This document shows, piece by piece, positions 39,796 through 49,319 of a stretch of DNA of 64,000 bases. The stretch comes from Fimbriimonadales bacterium. GTDB taxonomy: Bacteria > Armatimonadota > Fimbriimonadia > Fimbriimonadales > ATM1. A program made the translations under genes and the position numbers. The notes beneath the pieces were generated by a model that saw only the letters and a list, made by a program, of their open reading frames with translations, did no database searches and was not told the origin of the DNA. The stretch spans positions 1 through 64,000 of the forward strand of contig JBGTLG010000006.1 of the NCBI GenBank assembly GCA_041744215.1, written 5' to 3'. Each line of letters begins with the position of its first letter. The stretch's first letter is position 1.

Positions 39796-40224
39796 ATGCA
39801 TCATCCGATTGCTTACCATCAGAGAGAGCGAATCAAGGCCAGTCTTCCGGTCCTCCGGGAGCGGGGACTCGATTTGGTGGGCAAATTCTATGACAGGCTG
39901 TTCGAGGTGAGGCCCGATACTCGGTCATTGTTCGTGAAGGGCGAAATGCGGCAGAGGATCAAGTTCACGCTGATGCTGCATGAGCTTGTTTCGCACATCG
40001 ATGATTGGGAGTGGATCCAGGAGGCGGTTACTCCGCTTGGGGTACGGCATCGCAAGTACGGCGTCAGACCAGAGCACTTCGAAGTCGTCGGCGAGGTGCT
40101 GTCCGCGGTGCTAGCCGACGTACTCTCTGACACGTGGACGGACGCGGATCGTGAGGCTTGGACGACGCTGTATCAAGAAGTGTCCACATGCATGATCTCA
40201 GCAGGCGATGAGAAAGCCGCCTAA
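39796..40224 (+). CDS. Single-domain globin (Vitreoscilla/flavohemoglobin-type globin domain)
   Basis: FYDRLF (B10 Tyr), LGVRHRKYGV (proximal His), HFEVVGEVL, AWTTLY. Confidence 0.9.
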   Translation: MHHPIAYHQRERIKASLPVLRERGLDLVGKFYDRLFEVRPDTRSLFVKGEMRQRIKFTLMLHELVSHIDDWEWIQEAVTPLGVRHRKYGVRPEHFEVVGEVLSAVLADVLSDTWTDADREAWTTLYQEVSTCMISAGDEKAA

Positions 40225-40249
40225 ACACTCCGATGCCAGAATGGTGTCG

Positions 40250-41074
40250 ATGTTCGTGCCGATCCTACCTATCGAGAGTAATCCACACCCATGGGGAAGC
40301 GTGAACGAAGTTGAGCTTCAGTCGCGTTGCGCAGTCGAAGGCGATGTCGCCGACCTCGCGTTTGCGGTCTCATGTTGCGACCTAACGAGCCTCGAAGGAA
40401 CGGATACTCCCGAGAAGATCCGCCAGTTGTGCAGCAAGGCGATCAAGCACAGCGTCTCCGCCGTTTGCGTCTACCCCTTACTCGTGCCTGTCGTGGCGGA
40501 ATCGTTGCGCGGATCAAACGTGAAGACTTGCAGCGTTGCGGGCGGGTTTCCGTCAGGTCTCTATCCGATCGAATCACGGTTGGCAGAGATACGTTTCGCA
40601 GTCGAGCAGGGCGCAGATGAGATTGACATCGTGATGAACCGGAGCGCGTTTTTATCGGGCGAGCATCAAGTCGTTTATGAAGAGTTCGCAGCGATGCGAA
40701 ATGAGTGCCACTCAAAAACGATGAAGGTCATCCTCGAAACTGGGGACCTCCCGGATTTGAATTCAGTTCGTAACGCTTGCTTCCTCGCGATGTATGCGGG
40801 TGCAGACTTCATAAAAACCAGCACCGGAAAGATTGCGAATGGCGCCACTCCACTGTCTGCGCTTTGCATCATGGAAGCGATCAGCGACTTTCATGTCCAA
40901 TCCCAAAAGAAGATCGGAATCAAGCTTTCCGGCGGCATTCGGAAGGCGGACGATGCGCTGCGTTACATTACGCTTGCGCGAAGAACTCTTGGCGCCGAGT
41001 GGATCAACTCATCGACGTTCCGTATCGGTGCGTCGAACTTGCTGGACGATCTAACTCTTTCGCTCGTGACTTGA
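40250..41074 (+). CDS. deoC: Deoxyribose-phosphate aldolase
   Basis: DLTSL, AVCVYP, GFPSG, GADEIDIV, KVILETG, ADFIKTSTGK, GIKLSGGIR, FRIGAS. Start uncertain (40208, 40241 or 40250). Confidence 0.94.
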   Translation: MFVPILPIESNPHPWGSVNEVELQSRCAVEGDVADLAFAVSCCDLTSLEGTDTPEKIRQLCSKAIKHSVSAVCVYPLLVPVVAESLRGSNVKTCSVAGGFPSGLYPIESRLAEIRFAVEQGADEIDIVMNRSAFLSGEHQVVYEEFAAMRNECHSKTMKVILETGDLPDLNSVRNACFLAMYAGADFIKTSTGKIANGATPLSALCIMEAISDFHVQSQKKIGIKLSGGIRKADDALRYITLARRTLGAEWINSSTFRIGASNLLDDLTLSLVT

Positions 41075-42406
41075 ACGAAACTCGATACGAATCGGTGTGC
41101 CTTCGAGTGGGAACTCCTTACGAATGCGGTTCTCAAGATAACGCTTGTAGGAGAAATGCACGAGGTCAGGGTTGTTGACAAACAGAATGAACCGCGGAGG
41201 CGCAGTCGTTGCCTGCGTAACATAGTAGATCTTAAGCGCCTTGCCCTTACGCGAGTATGGTCGCTCGTAGACAGCATCCCGAATGATTCTGTTGAGTGAT
41301 CCGGTAGGGACTCGAAAGTTGTGATTCTGCTCAGCCTCCAGCGCAGTATCGAGCGCCGCCTCAAGACCTGTTCCGCAAGAAGCGCTCGTGAACGCAATCG
41401 GCGCATAGGAAAGGTCCGGGAACTCATCCCGAACAAGCTGCGCAAACTCAGTTTTAAGCTTCCCACGCTTCTTTGGGCGGCCATCTGGCGGCTCGACCAG
41501 GTCCCACTTGTTGACCACAATGACGCATGCTCGTCCTGCTACATGCGCAGACTTGCCAATGCGTTTGTCACCGTCAGTAAGACCTTCGCTTCCATCCACG
41601 ACGATCATCGCAACGTCGGCTCGTGACATCGCCACTTCAGCGCGCATCACCATGTAGTATTCAACCGAACCCTGGATTTTTCCGCGCCGTCTTATTCCAG
41701 CTGTGTCAACGAGTACCAGCATCTCGCCCCTATGCTCTATCTCCGTGTCAATCGCATCGCGTGTCGTCCCAGGTATATCGCTCACAATAGCTCGACTCTC
41801 GCCTGACAGCGAATTGAGGAGTGAGGACTTTCCGACATTGGGTCTACCAATGATGGCGATTCGAACCCTCTCATCTTCGATCGCCGGGGCCTGTCCGGCA
41901 TCCGGGAACAGATCTGCAATTCGGTCGAGCAGGTCAGCTACGCCGCGACCATGAAGGGCTGAGATGGAGAGCACCTCTCCCATTCCCAACGCATAGAAGT
42001 CCGTAGCCCAAGTGTCCCTGTCCGGGTTGTCTGCCTTGTTAACTGCGACGAGAACAGGTTTGCTAATCCCCCTCAATTCGTTAGCGAGCTCTTTGTCGGC
42101 CGGCAAAACGCCATCCGTCGCATCCACAAGGAACACGACTACATCTGCTTCGGCAAGCGCGACTTCAGCTTGGATTCGGATTTGCTCAACGAGCGGGTCG
42201 TCATCCGAAAAGAGGATCCCTCCTGTATCGACAATATCAAAGCGTTTGCCATTCCATTCGGCCTCTTGATAAAGACGGTCGCGAGTGACTCCAGGGCGGG
42301 ACTCTACGACTGCGACTCGACGACCGATGATCCGATTGAATAGCGAAGACTTTCCAACGTTTGGACGGCCCACAATGACAACGCGAGGTAGTTTTGCATC
42401 TGGCAT
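41051..42406 (-). CDS. der: Ribosome biogenesis GTPase Der
   Basis: Two GTPase domains (GRPNVGKSSL twice, DTGG, DTAG, NKAD, NKWD) and KH-like tail YKRYLEN..GTPI. Confidence 0.97.
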   Translation of the reverse strand: MPDAKLPRVVIVGRPNVGKSSLFNRIIGRRVAVVESRPGVTRDRLYQEAEWNGKRFDIVDTGGILFSDDDPLVEQIRIQAEVALAEADVVVFLVDATDGVLPADKELANELRGISKPVLVAVNKADNPDRDTWATDFYALGMGEVLSISALHGRGVADLLDRIADLFPDAGQAPAIEDERVRIAIIGRPNVGKSSLLNSLSGESRAIVSDIPGTTRDAIDTEIEHRGEMLVLVDTAGIRRRGKIQGSVEYYMVMRAEVAMSRADVAMIVVDGSEGLTDGDKRIGKSAHVAGRACVIVVNKWDLVEPPDGRPKKRGKLKTEFAQLVRDEFPDLSYAPIAFTSASCGTGLEAALDTALEAEQNHNFRVPTGSLNRIIRDAVYERPYSRKGKALKIYYVTQATTAPPRFILFVNNPDLVHFSYKRYLENRIRKEFPLEGTPIRIEFRSSHERKS

Positions 42407-42427
42407 AGCACACGCATATTCCTTAAC

Positions 42428-43048
42428 TTACGGTGTTGGCTCCAGGAAGTCATTGATCGATGGTGCGTACTGCTTGAGCTGATCGACTTCGTCTTTGTAG
42501 GCCGCTAGAGATTCGTCCGTCGTTGTGAGGATTTTCACCGCACTGATTCTGTTCCTCGACCTGGAGATTCCTTCGATAACCCATTTTGCTGCCACAGCAG
42601 GATCAGCTCTGTGTGTGAAGTAGTTCCAATCATCAGATGGATCTGGCACGACGAATGACTCATAGCCTTGCGCGCCAGCTAACTCAAAACCAGCACAGAA
42701 CGCTTCAATAAACGATTCGCGTGTCACAAGTCGCTGCTCGTCATAGATGTTGCAGATAATGAGCTGCTTCACAGGTAGCCGCTTTACTGGGAAGAGGGTA
42801 GCGGATCTAAACGCGAGCGGCGCTGCTGCGGTGATTGCATCGTCAAGCCGGTAATCCGCTTTGTCGCGAATGTACTTCGCCGCTCCTGCTCCCATGAAGC
42901 CCGTATCGTTTGTAAACACGAATATGGCGTCGCCGCTAAGCTGTCGAACCTTCCATGCCGGCATCCGATAGATCTGAAGCCGCATCCGAAAGATGTTGGC
43001 GCGAACCGCAGGGATGATGAAGGGAAGGTGTTCGAGAAGTAACCGCAT
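42428..43048 (-). CDS. Divergent macrodomain-like protein
   Basis: DAIFVFTND..FMGAGAAKYI, APL...ATL....LPVKQLII, A..GYESFVVP align with the macrodomain pattern DAIVNAAN..MGGGVAGAI...LPAKYVIH...SIAFP. Confidence 0.6.
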   Translation of the reverse strand: MRLLLEHLPFIIPAVRANIFRMRLQIYRMPAWKVRQLSGDAIFVFTNDTGFMGAGAAKYIRDKADYRLDDAITAAAPLAFRSATLFPVKRLPVKQLIICNIYDEQRLVTRESFIEAFCAGFELAGAQGYESFVVPDPSDDWNYFTHRADPAVAAKWVIEGISRSRNRISAVKILTTTDESLAAYKDEVDQLKQYAPSINDFLEPTP

Positions 43049-43146
43049 GGCCGTAGGACCCAGTGTGCATCATTATGCCCTGATGAAGCGAACTGCTTCA
43101 ATCGCGCGTAGGTAGACTGTCCCCATCAGTCGACGCTGGCCAACAC

Positions 43147-43986
43147 GTGGAACCTTTCTGGACGAAATTCGCTGAAGACCCCAACGCGCAGCTGATCCAG
43201 ATCTTCGATGTCCTGCTGGTCGCCTACCTAGCCTACAGGCTGCTCCTATTGGTGAGGGGATCGCGGGCATGGAGAATCTTGATCGGCACCTTCATCTACG
43301 TAGTCGTCTGGCTCGTGAGCGGGGTGCTGGGGCTGAAGACTCTCCATTTCATCCTCGACCGAGCCCTCATTCTTGGCCCCGTCGCTCTCGTCATTTTATT
43401 GCTGCCAGAACTCCGGCAAGCGCTTGAGGGCGTTGGCAAGCTTGGCTTCTTACCCGACTTGGGCGGCGGAAGAGAGCGAACTCGAGCGCGAACCATCGAA
43501 GAGGTCGTCGCCGGAGTCGCTGAGCTGAGCGCGAGCAGCCTGGGAGCGCTGATTGTCATCGAACGCAGTAAGAAGCTTGCAGAAATCGAGAACTCGGGGT
43601 ACTCATTTGACGCGATCGTCTCAGCGCCCACCATCAACCAGGTGTTCTTCAACAAGTCGCCGTTCCATGATGGGGCAGCAATCATCCGAGGCGATCGAAT
43701 TGTCGCGGTAGCTTGCCAACTCCCGCTTACAGAACAGCGATTACCTGGGCACCTTCACTTGCGCCATCGTGCCGCCGTCGGCGTAACCGAACACACCGAC
43801 GCCATCGTGATCGTTGTTTCAGAAGAGAGAGGAACGATCTCGGTGGCCATGGACGGCAGGATACGCGAAGCCCTGGGAGCCGGTGAATTGCGCGATCTGC
43901 TGCGCCAATCTCTCAAGACCTTGACCACTGGCCGACGCCGTATCATCGGCAGCAACAAGAAGAGCGATGAAGAAGTTTCTGTTTAG
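43147..43986 (+). CDS. cdaA: Diadenylate cyclase CdaA
   Basis: Three N-terminal TM helices, PELRQALE, GALIVIER, HDGA and RHRAA catalytic motifs, VSEERG. Confidence 0.95.
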   Translation: MEPFWTKFAEDPNAQLIQIFDVLLVAYLAYRLLLLVRGSRAWRILIGTFIYVVVWLVSGVLGLKTLHFILDRALILGPVALVILLLPELRQALEGVGKLGFLPDLGGGRERTRARTIEEVVAGVAELSASSLGALIVIERSKKLAEIENSGYSFDAIVSAPTINQVFFNKSPFHDGAAIIRGDRIVAVACQLPLTEQRLPGHLHLRHRAAVGVTEHTDAIVIVVSEERGTISVAMDGRIREALGAGELRDLLRQSLKTLTTGRRRIIGSNKKSDEEVSV

Positions 43987-44935
43987 CAATATCCCGCAGA
44001 AGATCGTGGCAGTGCTTATCGCGCTGTTACTTTGGCAGATGGTTCTGATCGTCGAAAACCCGGAACGCGGACAGACCTTTCTTGTCCCGATCGAGTACGT
44101 CGATAGACCTTCAGACTTGGTAGTTGTGCAAGAGCCCGAGAACCTGTCCGTCGAGGTCAGATATCTAACGCAGACGCCAGTCCAGGTTTCTCCGACCGAC
44201 ATAACTGTACGAGTTAGCCTGAAGGATGCGCAGCCGGGCAAGAATGAGTATCCAGTCGAGGTTATCGCCGCGGATCGTATCAAAGCGGACGTTCTGCTGG
44301 TTACCATGACCGATGACGTTATCGTCGAAATGGACTTACTGGTTGCGAAAGAGCTTCCCATCCGGACCCAGGACGTCAAGTTCACTTCTTTGAGGGACGG
44401 GTTCAAGTTGTCGGGATTCTCGACGGATCCGCCGAGTGTGAGAATTCGTGGGGCGGAGCGCCACGTAAACGCTGCAGTGCGAGCCCAGATAACTGTCGAT
44501 CTCTCGCGGATGGAGAACGCCGCAGTTTACGAGCGAAAGGTCGAGATTCTCGACGCTGAAGGTAATCCGGTGCCACTGACCCGTGTGGCTGTGGATCCGG
44601 AGACGGTCGAGTTCAGGCCAAATCTGGAAGCCCAACTTTTCCGCGTTCTGCTGATCGCCCCGGTGTTTGAAGGCTCACTCGAGCCTGGCTACCGCATCGA
44701 ATCGTACGAGATGACGCCAAATCAAATCCGAGGACGCGGCGATTCAGCGTTGCTCGCCTCCCTGAGCACGATCGAGACTGAGCCGATCGACTTGACCGGG
44801 TTGCGTGAAGACAGGTCGTTTTCCGTCAAGTACGTGCTCCCGCCTGGAGTCACGCGCGACCCCACCTCTCCAGAAGTAATCCGCGTGCGTGTCCGAGTCG
44901 TGAAGGACGGCTCACAAGTGGACGGAAACGGATGA
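43967..44935 (+). CDS. cdaR: CdaR/YbbR-domain regulator
   Basis: KIVAVLIALLLW anchor, three YbbR-like repeats (DPPSVRIRG, TPNQIRGRG, IETEPIDLTG); overlaps cdaA. Confidence 0.85.
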   Translation: MKKFLFSNIPQKIVAVLIALLLWQMVLIVENPERGQTFLVPIEYVDRPSDLVVVQEPENLSVEVRYLTQTPVQVSPTDITVRVSLKDAQPGKNEYPVEVIAADRIKADVLLVTMTDDVIVEMDLLVAKELPIRTQDVKFTSLRDGFKLSGFSTDPPSVRIRGAERHVNAAVRAQITVDLSRMENAAVYERKVEILDAEGNPVPLTRVAVDPETVEFRPNLEAQLFRVLLIAPVFEGSLEPGYRIESYEMTPNQIRGRGDSALLASLSTIETEPIDLTGLREDRSFSVKYVLPPGVTRDPTSPEVIRVRVRVVKDGSQVDGNG

Positions 44936-45699
44936 TCGAGATCAGGCCAGTATCCGCCCAGGAGGCGGACGAGTTTCTCCATGTGTTGTGCGAGGTCTTT
45001 GAGTTAGATTTTTCACGAGCCAGATCGATCTTCCAACGAGAGCCCTTCTTTGAGCTGGACCGGAAATGGGCATTGTTCGTGAACGGTCGCATATCGTCTG
45101 TGTTAACTACGGTTCCGATAGAGTTTGGGGATGGTAAGGCGATCGGAATCGCAGGCGTTGCGACATTGCCCGCATTGCGAGGTCAGGGGCTTGCCGGAAG
45201 GCTCCTTGATGAAGTGTTCTGCGTTGCGTGCAAGAACGGTGAGGGCCGTGGGCTGCTTTTCGCGCGCGATGAAGCACTCTACTCACGACACGGATTTCGC
45301 ACCCTTGATCGCGTTATCTTGCAATCGTTGCCGCAAGGGTTTGCCCTTACCGACCGGAAGCTTGTCGGCATCGACGAGGTGAAGCGCCACTACGAAGACT
45401 GGGCGAGCGCCGACCAGCGATCACTTCGAAGAGATGATCGTCGATGGAAGTTCTGGCAATGGAACGCTAAGACGGCATTCGCCATGCCCAACGGATACGT
45501 TTGCGTTGAGTTGGGTCGCGTTCGGGAACTCGTGCCAACCTACAATCCAATTCCGATTTCCGATCCCTTAGAGTTCTACGGCCTTGCGTCGATGGCTGAG
45601 GAGTTAGGCATTCCGGTGTCTAACCCCACCTACGATACGTACCTCATGGGGCGGGAATTCGATTATGTTCCGAAGATGTTTCTGTCGGATCAGTTCTGA
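44932..45699 (+). CDS. GNAT family N-acetyltransferase (Eis-like N-terminal part)
   Basis: GIAGVATLPALRGQGLAGRLL, LYSRHGF; ATGA overlap with cdaR. Confidence 0.85.
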   Translation: MIEIRPVSAQEADEFLHVLCEVFELDFSRARSIFQREPFFELDRKWALFVNGRISSVLTTVPIEFGDGKAIGIAGVATLPALRGQGLAGRLLDEVFCVACKNGEGRGLLFARDEALYSRHGFRTLDRVILQSLPQGFALTDRKLVGIDEVKRHYEDWASADQRSLRRDDRRWKFWQWNAKTAFAMPNGYVCVELGRVRELVPTYNPIPISDPLEFYGLASMAEELGIPVSNPTYDTYLMGREFDYVPKMFLSDQF

Positions 45700-45735
45700 C
45701 GCGATTTTGGACGGTAACATTCTGGATCTCTCGCT

Positions 45736-48051
45736 GTGTCGTCAGGTTCCCGTCTCGACAATCTCCGCGCGTTGCGAACAGCCAACTTGGACATGGCATT
45801 CGCGACGGCCTTTGGCGCGCTTGTCGCAGGAAACTTTCTTGCTGAATTCACGCGAGAGCTAACGACCGACGACCGAATTCGCGGTTGGATCGGCGCTCTT
45901 CCGGCGATCATCGGGATTCTTCAGATTCCCGGCAGCGTTATCGGCGAACGATACGCAAGCTTCAAGCGATTCGTGTTCTTAGGTGGGTTGCTGTGGAGAC
46001 TGTGGTGGGTCCCTGTGGTGTTCTTGCCCCTGGCTCCTGCGTCGTGGCCGCGACTTGAGATACTCATTTTCTGTATCGCGATGCAGGCGGCCTCCATACA
46101 CTTCATTCAGGCGACATACAACCAGTGGCTGAGCGTCTTGGTGCCGGAATCGCATCGAGGTTGGTACTTTTCACGGCGTCACGCACTTGCTATCCTGGTT
46201 GGTGCGGTTATCGGGTTTCCGGCTTCAGCTTTGATGGATTGGATTCGAGCCGATGGCGACACCAACATAGGCCTCTCCATTATCTTTGGCGTTGGAGTCG
46301 CCTTCGGCCTTGTCAGTCTTCTCTTCTATCTTCGCATGCCGGATACGCGCCGCGAAGAAGTGAAGCGCAAAGGATTCTTGGAAACACTCGCATCTTTCGG
46401 CGAGCCGCTGCGCCAAAAGCCGTTCAGACGGCTCTTGCTGTTTCTGATCGTGTTCGTCATCGGCCAAATCCTTGCAGGTCCTTTCTTCTTTTACTACGGG
46501 CGTGAAGTCTTGGGCCTGAGCTTTATTGACCTGCAGGTTTTTGCCGCCTTCACGGCAGTATCAGCGCTGTTGTCGGCGGGGATGTGGGGATATCTCAGCG
46601 ATAAGTACGGGAACAAACCAGTGCTGTTCGTTGCCGGAATTCTGCTCACATTGGGGCCTTTGGCTTGGGTTTTCGCTGAGCCAAATCGACCCGTTTGGAA
46701 CTACATCGTGCTTTGCATTGGACACATTGCAGCGGGGTTCGCCTGGACCGGTGTCGGTGTTGGACAATTCAATTTCATCCTAGCAGTGGCTCCCAACTCG
46801 ATTCGCGGACCGGCGATCGGCGTCGCGCAAGCGGTGATGGCCGTAGTTTCTGGATTTGCGCCACTTGGTGCTGGTGTTCTTCTACATCAACTCCGAGCCA
46901 TCGTGGGTGAAGTTCCGGCGTACGAATGGCTGTTTAGTATCAACGCAGCAGTCCGATTCTTGTCTGTGTTCCTTCTCTTTGGCATTGTCGACAGTTCGTC
47001 GCGTGGGATTCGGGACTTCTTGCGCCAGGTCGCCGGCGTGCGACCCAAAGGCGTACTCGCGATGAGAAAGTTGACCTCAGCAGGAGATACTGTTGCCAAG
47101 CAAAACGCCATCCGGAAGGTTGCCGAGTCTCGAATGGTTATGGCGGAGAGTGAGATCTCGCGGTTGCTCACGGATCCATCGCCACGAGTTCGTCGTGAGG
47201 CCGCCCTCGCATTGAGACACATTGGCAGTGACGAGGCGCTGCGCGCGCTGATAGTGCTCATCAAGGAGAACCCATCTTTCGTGGAAGATGAGATGATCGA
47301 GACTATCGCGGTGATAGGAGATTCCAGTGCGGTAACGCCATTGATCAAATTGCTGGTGAGTCCGTCATCGTCGATTCGGAGGGCGACCGCGCGTGCGTTG
47401 GGGCGGCTCGCAGCGAACGAAGCGATCGACCCTCTCATCGCTGCCGCTGCACATCCGGAAGACCCGGAGTTGCGCCGCGCGGCAATCCAGGCGCTGCGCA
47501 TCATCGGCGACCCCAAATGCGAAGGAGTTGTAATCACGGCGTTGACCGATCAGTTTCCGTCCGTTCGCGTCGCTGCGGCTGAGGCATGCGCCGAGTTCGA
47601 GTTCGCTGGCGCTGTATCAGTGCTTCGCGACCTCGTCCGAGGCAACCTTGATGACACGTCTGCCGAAGTAGTCTATGCGTTGGCTGCAGCCGGAACGGTG
47701 GAGGACGCTGCAGCCATCCTCGATGCGGCTTCAAAGATGGAGTCCGACGTCGGGCGCAGGCGTGCGCTTCTTGCAGCCGCAAGGTTGTTTGGGGTCGAAG
47801 ACAGCCTTTACCGCCTGCTGATGATGGACCAGGTGAAACGGGACCAGTTTATGATGGAGTTGGTCCGCTCACGCTATGTGAAAGGCCTGAGAACCGCCAT
47901 GTCCCGCTTCCATGCGGGGGACGAGCAGAAGGGTGTCGAGCTCCTGGCGAGTTCCACGGGTGACGCCCGGCTGGCAGTCCTCGCTGAACACACACCCTCC
48001 GAAGGGTTCCTCCTCGCAGCTGCGCTGATCCATTCTCGGCCTAAGGATTAG
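45736..48051 (+). CDS. MFS transporter fused to HEAT-repeat domain
   Basis: About 12 TM helices with WGYLSDKYGNK (MFS motif A); C-terminal repeats DPSPRVRREAALAL, IRRATARALG, LRRAAIQAL, VRVAAAEA. Confidence 0.87.
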   Translation: MSSGSRLDNLRALRTANLDMAFATAFGALVAGNFLAEFTRELTTDDRIRGWIGALPAIIGILQIPGSVIGERYASFKRFVFLGGLLWRLWWVPVVFLPLAPASWPRLEILIFCIAMQAASIHFIQATYNQWLSVLVPESHRGWYFSRRHALAILVGAVIGFPASALMDWIRADGDTNIGLSIIFGVGVAFGLVSLLFYLRMPDTRREEVKRKGFLETLASFGEPLRQKPFRRLLLFLIVFVIGQILAGPFFFYYGREVLGLSFIDLQVFAAFTAVSALLSAGMWGYLSDKYGNKPVLFVAGILLTLGPLAWVFAEPNRPVWNYIVLCIGHIAAGFAWTGVGVGQFNFILAVAPNSIRGPAIGVAQAVMAVVSGFAPLGAGVLLHQLRAIVGEVPAYEWLFSINAAVRFLSVFLLFGIVDSSSRGIRDFLRQVAGVRPKGVLAMRKLTSAGDTVAKQNAIRKVAESRMVMAESEISRLLTDPSPRVRREAALALRHIGSDEALRALIVLIKENPSFVEDEMIETIAVIGDSSAVTPLIKLLVSPSSSIRRATARALGRLAANEAIDPLIAAAAHPEDPELRRAAIQALRIIGDPKCEGVVITALTDQFPSVRVAAAEACAEFEFAGAVSVLRDLVRGNLDDTSAEVVYALAAAGTVEDAAAILDAASKMESDVGRRRALLAAARLFGVEDSLYRLLMMDQVKRDQFMMELVRSRYVKGLRTAMSRFHAGDEQKGVELLASSTGDARLAVLAEHTPSEGFLLAAALIHSRPKD

Positions 48052-48261
48052 GACCTAGCCGCACAATCATTGCTTTGAACTGCATCGTATCTGCCTGCAG
48101 AGGCGTATCCAGAGTACTAGGCGTCGCCTTGACCAGCGAACTGCGTCAAGAGCCTTTGGGGCTACCCCCGGGGGTGCAGGAGCGAGGTTTTGGTGCCGTC
48201 TGAGGTAAAACAACCCGTCTTGGGCTCAAGCCCAGGGCATACACTCAGGAGGTGTATACAA

Positions 48262-48570
48262 GTGAACAAGAAGATCTTTGCACTGCTCGCAAGCGCTGTG
48301 CTCATCGGCTCGGCTTTCATCGTCGGCTGTGGCGAACCCACCGATGATGGTGGTGGCGGAGACACTCCGGCGCCCAGCACGTCTGGCGACGGCCCTGGCG
48401 CTGGCAAGCCCCAGACTCCCGTAACTGACGATGCCGGCACGGCACCCGCAGGAGCCCCTGCAGGTGATGCCCCGGCAACGGCCCCGACCGGCGAAGGTGA
48501 GGCTGAAAAGCCAGCAGCTCCGGGCGGAGCAACACCCACGGCGCCCGGTGGCGCAGCGAGCGGAGACTAA
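48262..48570 (+). CDS. Small low-complexity (P/A/G/T-rich) lipoprotein
   Basis: GTG after AGGAGG; NKK + hydrophobic stretch + IVGC lipobox; disordered acidic tail. Confidence 0.75.
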   Translation: MNKKIFALLASAVLIGSAFIVGCGEPTDDGGGGDTPAPSTSGDGPGAGKPQTPVTDDAGTAPAGAPAGDAPATAPTGEGEAEKPAAPGGATPTAPGGAASGD

Positions 48571-48603
48571 TTCCGTCGTTTGCCTCTAACTGAGGCACAG
48601 GCT

Positions 48604-48644
48604 CGAGCGGCGGACCCGACAGGGTTCGCCGCTCGTATTGATTT
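48604..48644 (+). terminator. Terminator-like hairpin
   Basis: CGAGCGGCGGACCC-GACA-GGGTTCGCCGCTCG followed by TATTGATTT. Confidence 0.65.
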
Positions 48645-48682
48645 GTAGGGGCGCCTTTCGCCCCCTATCCAGGAGGTAAACA

Positions 48683-49084
48683 ATGCTTAAGACTTTCTTC
48701 CCAGCTGTGATCGCCGCTGCTGCCATAGCCATGATTGGCTATGGCTGTAGTAGCAGCGAGACCGCAGATGATGGGCACGGCCCGGCCGACGTCCACTCCA
48801 GCGACGATGGCCACAACCATGGCGCAGACAAGAACCCCGCCGTAGAGCCTGCTCCAGGAGGGGCCGCCAATTCGGCAACCTCAACCGGTCCGGGGACGAC
48901 CGAGCCCGTGGTCTACACGGAGAAAGGGAAGCCGACCTGTGTTGTCATGGCTGGAGTCTCAATGTCCAGCGTCGAAGGCAAGAAGTTCCAGGACCACGAA
49001 GGTGTCCGGTACTACTTCTGCTGCGATGGATGCCCAGAGAAGTTCGCCGCAGACCCGGCAAAGTACGCCAAGAAGCCAGAGTAA
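48683..49084 (+). CDS. YHS-domain lipoprotein with His-rich linker (putative metal binding)
   Basis: GYGC lipobox, DDGHGPADVHSSDDGHNHG, CVVM, YYFCCDGC..KFAADPAKY. Confidence 0.85.
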   Translation: MLKTFFPAVIAAAAIAMIGYGCSSSETADDGHGPADVHSSDDGHNHGADKNPAVEPAPGGAANSATSTGPGTTEPVVYTEKGKPTCVVMAGVSMSSVEGKKFQDHEGVRYYFCCDGCPEKFAADPAKYAKKPE

Positions 49085-49110
49085 AAGCGCCTCCGGCCAC
49101 ATAAACTGTT

Positions 49111-49149
49111 GCGCGGCGGATGGGCTAAATCCGCCGCGCTCTCTCCTTT
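49111..49149. terminator. Terminator-like 11-bp hairpin between convergent genes
   Basis: GCGCGGCGGAT-GGGCTAA-ATCCGCCGCGC followed by TCTCTCCTTT. Confidence 0.7.
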
Positions 49150-49319
49150 GTCCTGCTCGTGCCTGGCTGCCTGCTTCAGCCTCACCCTGCGAGGGCTGAA
49201 TCGGTAGACACGCACGGGTGGTGAACGTCGGTGCTATCGTAAACTTGGTCGGATGGAAACCGCGACCACAGTTATTATACGAGGGTTTTCCACGACTTTT
49301 CCAACGATTTGCACATTTT

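Noticed and set aside
48061-48240. c-di-AMP (ydaO) riboswitch near the cdaA operon
   Set aside because: Only scattered short matches (TTTGGGG, AACCCGTC); the conserved GCTGAATCC, GGGGAACC and CAGCTAAC elements are missing.
49198-49215. tRNA-Leu-like fragment (GAATCGGTAGACACGCA) as a possible att site
   Set aside because: It matches the D-arm only, not the 3-prime end used by integrases; no cloverleaf or integrase is present.
49286-49315. Cluster of DnaA-box-like 9-mers (TTTTCCACG, TTTTCCAAC, ATTTGCACA)
   Set aside because: All carry 1-2 mismatches; there is no AT-rich unwinding region and no dnaA/dnaN context.
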